This document shows, in pieces, positions 48,609 to 56,735 of a stretch of 64,000 bases of DNA. This stretch comes from a virus (Duplodnaviria > Caudoviricetes): positions 11,596 through 75,595 of the IMG/VR virus record IMGVR_UViG_3300028591_000020. The stretch is one strand, 5' to 3'. The first letter of the stretch is position 1. The number at the start of each line of letters is the position of its first letter. Under the pieces are notes generated by a model. The model was given only the letters and a program-made list of their open reading frames with translations, searched no databases and was not told the DNA's origin. The position numbers and the translations under genes were made by a program.

Positions 48609-48862
48609 TTGCTACACTATTTGCTGCACCAAATTAACCCTCAAAAGCCTGCAAAAGCCGCGATTTCTCTTAATCGCATGGGGATTTTCCCCAACTCAGA
48701 ATAATATTGTAAAACCCTAACTTGCTGATTATCAGCATTGAGCGGAATACGGGACTCGAACCCGCGACCCTCGGCTTGGGAAAATTCTGAGCCAACTTGC
48801 AGAACCTTTATTTATGGGGCTTCTGAGAATCGGTACAGATTGCTACACTATTTGCTACACTA
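48609..48862. other. attP region: tRNA-Gly(CCC) 3'-half core with flanking arm-type direct repeats
   Basis: 48740-48782 reverse complement = TTCCCAAGCCGAGGGTCGCGGGTTCGAGTCCCGTATTCCGCTC. TTGCTACACTA-type repeats at 48609, 48621, 48840 and 48852. Confidence 0.85.
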
Positions 48863-48864
48863 AA

Positions 48865-49260
48865 TCACGTCTTTTTTATTATCCATACGATGATGATAAC
48901 TACCAACCATATCGGTGGAACCAGCAGAATAACGGCCCAACCGAATATAAAGAGTAAGGCAGCACCGATTAATGAGCCTACCACTATCAGAATATTAGTG
49001 ATAAGTTCCTTGCGCCTGGCTGTCTGAACAGGATTCTTGAGCTTTTTGCTCTTCAAATCCTCAATCATTCCGTTGATCGCCTCTTCACGCTTGTCATTGA
49101 GACTGCGCCCGTCCTTTTGTTTGCGGAGCATACTATATCGAGCTTGGAAAGTGTGAAAGGCGAATGAGCCATCTGCACCAAACAGGTTATTGACTTCATC
49201 CAACGAAGCCTTCCTGTTGGTACGTATGTACTCCAGAGCTGAGATACATTTATTCTCCAT
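48865..49260 (-). CDS. Membrane-anchored protein downstream of the repressor
   Basis: Two C-terminal hydrophobic helices. Confidence 0.65.
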   Translation of the reverse strand: MENKCISALEYIRTNRKASLDEVNNLFGADGSFAFHTFQARYSMLRKQKDGRSLNDKREEAINGMIEDLKSKKLKNPVQTARRKELITNILIVVGSLIGAALLFIFGWAVILLVPPIWLVVIIIVWIIKKT

Positions 49261-49263
49261 AGC

Positions 49264-49593
49264 CTACCTGATTAGTGATACCAATTTATTCATAACATCT
49301 TCACGCTGTTGATAGTTGGCTACGAGCTGTTTACATAGCTCTATCAACTCCGTGTTGGTGGCTACATCTACATTCCGTCGGTCTTTAGAGAGCATTGGGC
49401 CCTCACCATGTGTCAATAACCATTCCGCAGATACTCCTTCACACTTGGAGAAAAGAAGTTCTACGTCAAATGTGTCACGTTTCAGCCATGCGCTGATGTT
49501 CTGAGCAGGAACGCCAATCATGTTGGCGAACTGAGCCTGATTGCCGTTTGTGTAGTGCAATATCAGACATTTGAGCATTTCACTTTTCTTCAT
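49264..49593 (-). CDS. CI-like HTH repressor
   Basis: NQAQFANMIGVPAQNISAWLKR helix-turn-helix, VSAEWLLT; divergent from the Cro-like gene. Confidence 0.85.
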   Translation of the reverse strand: MKKSEMLKCLILHYTNGNQAQFANMIGVPAQNISAWLKRDTFDVELLFSKCEGVSAEWLLTHGEGPMLSKDRRNVDVATNTELIELCKQLVANYQQREDVMNKLVSLIR

Positions 49594-49614
49594 AACGACC
49601 TCATTGTGTTAAGA

Positions 49615-49679
49615 ATCTACAAAATGTGTATAATATCTACAAAATTTTTATGTTCATATCTACGAAATGTTTATCTTTG
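49615..49679 (+). promoter_or_regulatory. Operator repeats ATCTAC(A/G)AAAT x3 plus -7 box
   Basis: Repeats at 49615, 49635 and 49658; TATCTTTG at 49672. Confidence 0.7.
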
Positions 49680-49764
49680 TACCGTGAAACCTTAAAAACG
49701 AGTTTACAACTTGTTTACATTTTGGTTCCAGACTGCAAATTTAAAAATAAATTTTTAAATAACA

Positions 49765-49956
49765 ATGGCAAGAAAGAAAAAAATTATTCAAGTACCCTCG
49801 GGAAACGTCGAAAAACTCATGAAAGTGATGCGTTGCTCCCGTTCAGCAGTGTTTAATGCACTCGCTTACCGCTCTGATTCCGAATCTGCCAAAGCTATTC
49901 GCTCACAGGCTTTGTCTGCCTATGGGGGTATAGAAACATTTAAGTACGTTCTCTAA
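49765..49956 (+). CDS. Cro-like small DNA-binding protein
   Basis: 63 aa with HTH-like KLMKVMRCSRSAVFNAL. Confidence 0.7.
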   Translation: MARKKKIIQVPSGNVEKLMKVMRCSRSAVFNALAYRSDSESAKAIRSQALSAYGGIETFKYVL

Positions 49957-49968
49957 CCAACCGCAACC

Positions 49969-50808
49969 ATGCAAGAAGGATTGATTGATTTTGGCGACAG
50001 CCACCCTGCACAAACTCCTATTAGTAGAGTTTTTGCCTATAACGGCACTAACGTAACCTTTGCAAAGAAAGGTGGCACCGTCATGATCAATGCCACCCAA
50101 ATGGCAAAGCCTTTTGGAAAGAGACCTGTAGATTGGCTACAGAACTCCCAAACCTCTGATTATCTCAGCGAATTATCCAAAGTGAGAAAAAGCACTTTGG
50201 CCGATTTGGTGAGAGTTACGAAGGGCGGTAACAATCCTGGCACATGGATGCATGAAGACGTAGCCATTGAGTTTGCCCGTTGGCTCAGCCCAGCATTCGC
50301 TATCTGGTGCAATGACCGCATCAAGGAGCTAATGAAGTATGGCATTACCGCCACTGAGACCACGATTGATAGTATTATCGCAGACCCCGACAATGGTATT
50401 CGTCTGCTGACAGCTCTTAAGCAGGAGCGTGAGCAACGTCAGTTGGCAGAATCAAGAGCTGCCATGCTCGAAGAAGTAACCAAGGAGCAGGCACCAAAGG
50501 TAGCATTCGCAGATGCAGTACTTAGCAGCCCGGACTCCATCCTTATCGGTGAACTGGCCAAGATTCTGTGTCAGCGAGGCTATCAGACTGGAGAAATTCG
50601 TCTCTACGAGCAGTTGCGCAATGAAGGTTATCTTTGCTCAGCTGGCTCCGACAGAAACCTACCCATGCAGCGTTATCTCGAAATGGGCCTGTTTGAAGTT
50701 ACCAAAGGAACACGTTCCGGCAACGGTGGCGTTATGCACGTCACACGTACTACTAAGGTAACACCAAAGGGCTGTCAGTATTTCATTGATAAATTCCTTG
50801 CACAATGA
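49969..50808 (+). CDS. Antirepressor (KilA-N + ANT/KilAC)
   Basis: INATQMAKPFGKRPVDWL, GTWMHEDVAIEFARWL, APKVAFAD, VTPKG. Confidence 0.9.
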   Translation: MQEGLIDFGDSHPAQTPISRVFAYNGTNVTFAKKGGTVMINATQMAKPFGKRPVDWLQNSQTSDYLSELSKVRKSTLADLVRVTKGGNNPGTWMHEDVAIEFARWLSPAFAIWCNDRIKELMKYGITATETTIDSIIADPDNGIRLLTALKQEREQRQLAESRAAMLEEVTKEQAPKVAFADAVLSSPDSILIGELAKILCQRGYQTGEIRLYEQLRNEGYLCSAGSDRNLPMQRYLEMGLFEVTKGTRSGNGGVMHVTRTTKVTPKGCQYFIDKFLAQ

Positions 50809-50902
50809 ATAAGCCCAGCCAACATGACATAATCATGATGTTCCTGCTTGCTTTCCTTGCATTCGGAATAGTATTCACCCTCATTTTCATGGTAGAATTG
50901 GT

Positions 50903-51139
50903 ATGGGCGAAATGAAAGTAGCAAAAATCGACACCCGTAAGCTCTGGCTCTCCAACAAGGAAGCTGCCAAGTATCTCGGTGTTAGTAAGGACTGGCTCAA
51001 AGACCGTCGTGAGAACGGAACGCTGCATTACTCAGTGGTTGGCAACACCATCTTCTACATCAAGAAGGAGATTGACCGACTGATAGCTGATAATGCAATA
51101 TCTGGAAAATCCATATTTAACGACATAAGCAACTTATAA
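50903..51139 (+). CDS. Excisionase-like HTH protein
   Basis: WLSNKEAAKYLGVSKDWL...FYIKKEID. Confidence 0.8.
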   Translation: MGEMKVAKIDTRKLWLSNKEAAKYLGVSKDWLKDRRENGTLHYSVVGNTIFYIKKEIDRLIADNAISGKSIFNDISNL

Positions 51140-51254
51140 ATCCTCAGAGGTCCTACAATGTCGTGAGACACTACCTCAACTCAGAATTAACAAAGTAAAT
51201 AAATTCATAGGCTGACCTTGGCCGCTGTGAAGTTCCCAAGGTTTTCAACAAAAC

Positions 51255-51334
51255 GGAAGAGTAGCTCAGCTGGTTAGAGCGCACGGTACGGCCATGTACT
51301 GTGAAGGTCGCAGGTCCGAATCCTGTCTCTTCCC
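51255..51334 (+). ncRNA. tRNA-like RNA A with extended anticodon arm
   Basis: Perfect 7-bp acceptor, D arm and T arm; 8-bp anticodon stem with 6-nt loop GGCCAT; T-loop TCCGAAT. Confidence 0.8.
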
Positions 51335-51626
51335 AAAGCCATTTATCAGCAGTGCCGATGATGTCTGTGTGGCGAACAGAAGGAGGCCGGGGAATTGCTA
51401 CGTGGCTAACAGTCGCACGGCTATTGAGGATTTATCCTCGCGATGATGACGGCCACGTTTGTTCTTTGACTTATTGATACACAAAGTACACCGCAATAAA
51501 AGAAGTTTGATGAAATGATTCATCGAGTTATAAACCAAATATATGCCCCTGAAAGGACAGGGGAGAGGTGAAAGTCCTCACAGAACAGATAACAAACCCA
51601 CATTGCCCTCAGTCGTGAGGGCAACA

Positions 51627-51736
51627 CTCCACTTAGCTCAGTCTGGCAGAGCGTCGGCAAACCCTATTGAAGAAAGTAAAGTGCCATAAAAAATTAATAT
51701 AGCCGAAGGTCGCAGGTCCGAATCCTGCAGTGGGGA
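51627..51736 (+). ncRNA. tRNA-like RNA B with 43-nt anticodon loop
   Basis: CTCCACT/AGTGGGG acceptor; GCTC/GAGC D-stem; TCGGC/GCCGA stem around 51659-51701; T-loop TCCGAAT. Confidence 0.8.
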
Positions 51737-51738
51737 CT

Positions 51739-51915
51739 ATGGAAATATACATAAGCAAAACCAATTATAAGCTCCTTTGCGAGCTCGTTGATAAGGCGGT
51801 GGCCATCATTCAGCAGGGAAATTCTTCATGTCGCGAGTACAATATTGCCCGTCGGCTCAGATTGACTAAAAATGCCATCGTCAGGCAGGTCGAGAAAGGT
51901 AATAAAACAAAATGA
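51739..51915 (+). CDS. Small hypothetical protein
   Basis: 58 aa; ATG 3 nt after the discriminator of tRNA-like B. Confidence 0.55.
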   Translation: MEIYISKTNYKLLCELVDKAVAIIQQGNSSCREYNIARRLRLTKNAIVRQVEKGNKTK

Positions 51916-51916
51916 T

Positions 51917-52837
51917 ATGTATAAAGAATTTCGCATTCAAGGTGGCGTGACTGAAACGGTCAACGCAGAAGGCGGTATAGTTCATCTATACGGCGGAGTA
52001 GTGGAGCATCTTAACCTTCAAGGTGGTAGCTTCATACAGCATGGCGGTATTGTAGAGCGAAAAATTCAAATTGACAGCTCTGGTACGAAACCTGAACCAC
52101 AGGTGATTTATAAAGACCGTATTCAATATCGCGATAGGGTGGTCTACAAAGACCGCATCGTTTACAGAGATTCTATGCAAGTAACTGCCTTACAGCAGAA
52201 GATTCAGAAACTCGAAGAGGAACTTGGAAAGAAGAAAGCCGAGGAAACCCCGAACGATGACGTGCTTATAAGACGCATCGAACATCTGGAGTCTATTCTC
52301 AAACTGGAACGTGAACAACACGATCGAGAAATTGGTGACTTGAAAGAGAATCTGAAAGGTGTCAAGGAAGCATATTTTCAACTCCTTCACCAGCAGAATA
52401 ATGTTGATACCAACAAACTTAGTCAGCAGATTGCCGATGAACACATTGATATTCTTGCTACACTGATGGCAGCTTATCCATTCACTCCAACGGATGACTT
52501 GACACTTGAGTTTGGTATCACACAGTCACGCATCAGCTATGTGGCACAAGTCCTTGGCTCCATCAAGTCTAAGGATGCCCGTAAAGAAGCTCGCGAGTAT
52601 CTGCAGAAGCAGAATATTCAGCTTTTAGATCGACGTGGTGGCAATCAGGGAAACTACCCAAATAAAGTAAAGGTAGAGAAAGTTGCCAAGAATGGACGTG
52701 TAGTAGAAACATACGATAGTATCAGCGAAGCCATCGAAAAGACTGGCATGTGCGATAAGACTATCAGAATATATTGCAACTCTAAGAAGAAGAAATACAC
52801 CAAGGAGGGATATACCTTCCGATTCAAACAACAATAA
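51917..52837 (+). CDS. Coiled-coil protein with C-terminal NUMOD1-like DNA-binding motif
   Basis: GRVVETYDSISEAIEKTG...IRIYCN...EGYTFRF. Confidence 0.7.
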   Translation: MYKEFRIQGGVTETVNAEGGIVHLYGGVVEHLNLQGGSFIQHGGIVERKIQIDSSGTKPEPQVIYKDRIQYRDRVVYKDRIVYRDSMQVTALQQKIQKLEEELGKKKAEETPNDDVLIRRIEHLESILKLEREQHDREIGDLKENLKGVKEAYFQLLHQQNNVDTNKLSQQIADEHIDILATLMAAYPFTPTDDLTLEFGITQSRISYVAQVLGSIKSKDARKEAREYLQKQNIQLLDRRGGNQGNYPNKVKVEKVAKNGRVVETYDSISEAIEKTGMCDKTIRIYCNSKKKKYTKEGYTFRFKQQ

Positions 52838-52841
52838 CGAT

Positions 52842-53555
52842 ATGCTATTACTGAATATGACACATGAAGAGGTGCGCAACGAGATTCTTAAGGACCTCCC
52901 CAATGTAGAGAATTGGGAACGCCACCTATGGAAAGACTTCCGTCGAAAGTCGCTCAAGATGCACGACTTTCCCAAGTATCTTTTCACGGAGTATGTCAGC
53001 CCTCGCAAGAATACTTGGCTCGTATCGACCAAATTCTTCGGCAAGGATGACTTCTCTTCTACCTTCGGTGTGCTACAGATTCAGAATGGCCTCGTTCTTC
53101 ATCAGGCTTTTGTCAATCAGGCAGAACAACGATTCTCTACCATCTGCACCTTCATTCCTCACTTCTTCGAGAGGTACGCTCAGTACAATAATCTCGACCT
53201 CAAAGGTAAGGCTCTGATAAAGCAGATGCTCAAAGATGACTGTTCCTTCAATATTGACAAGACGCAATATATCTCTGGCCGCAAAGAACGCCACAGGGAT
53301 GACAACGTACATGCCTGCATGAAGAATGTTGTTGGTCTTGGTTATGAGGTTGGCAAACGTCACTATCTGATAAAAACCTGCATAACCTACGACATGTCTA
53401 TGGGCAAGCAGAAGGAGATATTCGAGTCCAAGCGCAACGATGTACTGAGAGTAACGGCCAAGCCATCACTCTTCACACAGCCGTTGACACGGATAAACTT
53501 AGGAATCACTGAGAAAGTAGTTGAAAAGCTCAAGCGAAAGCTGGGCATGAAATAG
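52842..53555 (+). CDS. Hypothetical protein
   Basis: 237 aa. Confidence 0.7.
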   Translation: MLLLNMTHEEVRNEILKDLPNVENWERHLWKDFRRKSLKMHDFPKYLFTEYVSPRKNTWLVSTKFFGKDDFSSTFGVLQIQNGLVLHQAFVNQAEQRFSTICTFIPHFFERYAQYNNLDLKGKALIKQMLKDDCSFNIDKTQYISGRKERHRDDNVHACMKNVVGLGYEVGKRHYLIKTCITYDMSMGKQKEIFESKRNDVLRVTAKPSLFTQPLTRINLGITEKVVEKLKRKLGMK

Positions 53556-53578
53556 TGTTTAATTTTAATTTGAAGCTC

Positions 53579-54397
53579 ATGCAGGAAACAAAGCAAGAGA
53601 AGTTAGGAGAGTGGAAACGTCCAGAGGATATTGTCACTTTCCGTACTGCCGATCAAGCCGAAATGATTGGTAAATATCTTCCTCGAAGAGTCCTAAAGAC
53701 TTGGAAGGAAGATTTTACCGATGAAAATACAGGTGAGATTGTCAGTATCGAACGCAATGAAGTTCTGTTTGATGCCGGACAAAAGATTACCAAGGACCTT
53801 GCGGCCAAGATTATGTTCAGCATCCAAGCAGGAGAAATCGAAGATGTAGAAGTTTCGGAAGATTTGGTATTGCCAGCCGAACGCTACATTGGCCACTACT
53901 TTATCAATTATGCTGTGGGCATAAGTGCTAACAGCGTGAAACGATTGTTTGTGGTTCGTGCTCAAAACATCGAGACAGCCATCAAGGTTGCTGTAGATTT
54001 TGCCAACGTTTATCGTGGTGCAAATGGTCTTATTACTCCCATAAAAGTAAATCCTGTCAACTGCACCATCATTGATGACGACGATGATTGCATTCCAGAG
54101 GAAGAGAGAATTGCTCTTGAACTCCAAAAGGATTACTACATGGTAAATGTTCGTTTCCTCGAATTTGACAACAACGAACAGAAGTGGGAGAAAACCGACT
54201 ACAACTACCTAATTACGGCTGATGATGTAGGACAGGCAAAGAAACGTGTCGAGTCATATTGCAACGACGTGTTTGATGAAGTTCTCAAAAGACACCCTGA
54301 GAATAAGTTTGTTATTCGTAAGGCTGCACCTTTTGAGACTGATGGCCTCGTACCAAAAGAGTATTGTTTGCTGTACAAACAAACACCTACAATATAA
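53579..54397 (+). CDS. Protein with N-terminal RpoB-insertion-like segment and DUF4494-like C-terminal domains
   Basis: [41 protein letters not shown]. Confidence 0.7.
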   Translation: [272 protein letters not shown]

Positions 54398-54603
54398 TGA
54401 TAGGTACAGGAATAGACAATAGTGGCAGCAATTCTGCTGCCACTTCTTCACGAAAATACTACTATCGTAGGCATGGACGTGACTTTGAGATTTGCGAGAC
54501 CGCTACAGGTCAGGCCGTCTTTCCGTTTATACGTTTCCGTTCACAGGAAGAGGCCAAGAATAAAGTCTACGAAATGAATGGTTGGAAACCAAAAACAAGT
54601 TAA
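54397..54603 (+). CDS. Small hypothetical protein
   Basis: 68 aa; EEAKNKVYEMNGWKPK motif. Confidence 0.55.
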   Translation: MIGTGIDNSGSNSAATSSRKYYYRRHGRDFEICETATGQAVFPFIRFRSQEEAKNKVYEMNGWKPKTS

Positions 54604-54607
54604 CGCA

Positions 54608-55525
54608 ATGAATAACATTTTAGAAACTATCAAGACTGTTTCACATGAGCAGATTCCCGACCTCGCACATGACAAATTCGTGCAGGTCTATTCACAAAAG
54701 TTCGGTGCTGAGAAGGCCGAAGCATTCTTTGAAGAGCAGAAGAATCTCTTCATCAATGAGCTGACATACGGATCCTACAAGGATTTGTTGAAGAATGCCG
54801 ATGCTATGTCAATCTACTTCGCTTTCCTCTTCCTGGCAATCAACGGACTTTCCATCGAGAAGGGCAACACGACGACGTGTTATCTGGAGTGTAAGCGTGT
54901 GAAGATTGGTGAGAATCAGGGTAAGGATGGTAAGAACTATCCCGTCTATCAGTCGAACGCTGTCATCACCGTCACCGGCTATGGTGAGATTATCCTGCGA
55001 CAGCGTGCCAAGCAGATTCGTTCCGTCGATTCTCCAAAGGTTGTGTACGACTGCGACACGTTCCGTTATGGCGAGTCTGATGGCCGTCCTACGTTGACAT
55101 GGGAGAAATGCCTGCCACGTCCGCAAGGCTCGCGAGTCATTGCCTGCTACGTTCGCATCATCAAGAACGATGGTTCTGTTGACTATTTCGTTCTTGACAC
55201 CGACGAAATCCTGCGTCTCAAGCAGTATTCAGGCAAGGCTAATGCCTATTGGGATAACAATGCCCGTGTGATGGTGCCACGTCCTAACGCACTCTACGGC
55301 AAGGCTGATGACGGTTCTGATATTGACACAGGATTCCTCAAGTCAAAGACTGTCAAGCACGCTTTCAAGGGCTATCCAAAACTCAGCATCGGTGCTGGTG
55401 GTGCTTTCGAGTCTGACAAGGATTTGGACCCTGTAGATAACGCTAATGTTCCTGCCACACCGGAAGAAGCTCCTGCCAACGGAGTACAGGTAAACACAGA
55501 TGAAAGTGATCCATTTAACCAATAA
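54608..55525 (+). CDS. RecT-like single-strand annealing protein
   Basis: First gene of the recombination module; VITVTGYGEI, VIACYVRI, KTVKHAFK. Confidence 0.75.
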   Translation: MNNILETIKTVSHEQIPDLAHDKFVQVYSQKFGAEKAEAFFEEQKNLFINELTYGSYKDLLKNADAMSIYFAFLFLAINGLSIEKGNTTTCYLECKRVKIGENQGKDGKNYPVYQSNAVITVTGYGEIILRQRAKQIRSVDSPKVVYDCDTFRYGESDGRPTLTWEKCLPRPQGSRVIACYVRIIKNDGSVDYFVLDTDEILRLKQYSGKANAYWDNNARVMVPRPNALYGKADDGSDIDTGFLKSKTVKHAFKGYPKLSIGAGGAFESDKDLDPVDNANVPATPEEAPANGVQVNTDESDPFNQ

Positions 55526-55528
55526 GTC

Positions 55529-56734
55529 ATGGCAGAAAATCAGTTACAAGTAATTATCAAGCAGTCAGCGGAAGTCACAAAGAATGTGGCTTCCATCAAG
55601 ACTGACATCACGAACGCTATTCAGGAGAATAACGTATCGCTGCAGAACTGCATCAATGCAGGCGAAGCTCTGCTTGCTCAGTCTGGTGAAATGACAGACG
55701 AGCTGGATGCTCAGATTGCATCCTTCATCAAGAAAGCGTCAGTCACTCAGAAAGCAATGACAGAGCGACGCAAGGGTGTTACTCAGGTGTTCGACCTCGT
55801 AAAATCTGGTTTCACAAAGATGGAAGCCCTTCTTGATAAGAAGTCAGAGGACAGCATCATCTATAAGTTACAGAAGAAACGTGACGAATACGCTGCCTAT
55901 AAGCTGGACCTGCAACGTAAAGCTGAGGCCGAGCGTCAACGTCTCGCACGTATCGAAGCTGCCAAGACACAGCTTCATGATGACGTTATCTCTATCTGCA
56001 ACAAGATTGTCAACGAGAAAACATCTGAGGCTCTTGATAAGTTGTCCGAGAAGTTCCGGCTCATGACACTCGACAATGCCGAGCAAGTCAAGAAGGAAAT
56101 ATCTGAATATCCTACAGAGATAAAGATTGCGACGTTCCTTTCAGACCGTAAACCGTCAGTATCTCCAGAGGTTGACCCCGAAGAGGCACGTCAGATAATG
56201 AATGCAGCCTATCGCGAAGTCAACGAGCAACTATCCAAATCCTTCACGGATTCCGTTGCTCAGACCAAGCAGGATATTCTCGATACTTTTGACTCTAAGA
56301 TTGCAGAGCTGCAGGAAATCAAGAAGACTGCCGACGAAGCCGAGAGAAAGCGCAAGGAGGCAGAACTGAAAGCAGCCGAGGAAGCAGCCGAGAAAGAACG
56401 TCAGGCAAAAGCCGAGGAAGAAAAGAAAAAACGTGAAGAGGAAGAGCGACTGCGTAAGGCTCAGTCTCAGACTCAACAGCTTTTCGACCAGACTCCAACC
56501 GTTGCCGCTCCTGTCAAGGCGAAGGTGTCACACCGCATTGAGATAGATGCTCCAGAGGGCTATCTTGCAATCATTCAGATGTGGTGGGCGCATGAAGGCT
56601 CGAAGATGTCTCTCGAAGACTTGGCCAAGAAGTTGGGATTCATGACGAAGACCTGCGAAAAGCTCAAGAACAAGGAAGACCTTGCTATTATCGACGAGCA
56701 TGTCATCTACGTCGAAGAAATTGCAGCGAAGTAA
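55529..56734 (+). CDS. Coiled-coil recombination-module protein
   Basis: 401 aa helical protein between the annealase and the exonuclease. Confidence 0.7.
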   Translation: MAENQLQVIIKQSAEVTKNVASIKTDITNAIQENNVSLQNCINAGEALLAQSGEMTDELDAQIASFIKKASVTQKAMTERRKGVTQVFDLVKSGFTKMEALLDKKSEDSIIYKLQKKRDEYAAYKLDLQRKAEAERQRLARIEAAKTQLHDDVISICNKIVNEKTSEALDKLSEKFRLMTLDNAEQVKKEISEYPTEIKIATFLSDRKPSVSPEVDPEEARQIMNAAYREVNEQLSKSFTDSVAQTKQDILDTFDSKIAELQEIKKTADEAERKRKEAELKAAEEAAEKERQAKAEEEKKKREEEERLRKAQSQTQQLFDQTPTVAAPVKAKVSHRIEIDAPEGYLAIIQMWWAHEGSKMSLEDLAKKLGFMTKTCEKLKNKEDLAIIDEHVIYVEEIAAK

Positions 56735-56735
56735 T

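Noticed and set aside
51338-51386. Theta/HDV-like ribozyme 3' of tRNA-like A
   Set aside because: P1-like pairing exists, but I could not place P3/L3 and P2 in HDV order; kept only as a possible pseudoknot.
51659-51702. tmRNA-like tag reading frame (QTLLKKVKCHKKLI-stop) in the insert of tRNA-like B
   Set aside because: No G3:U70 alanine determinant and no pseudoknots; a short open frame in 43 nt is expected by chance.
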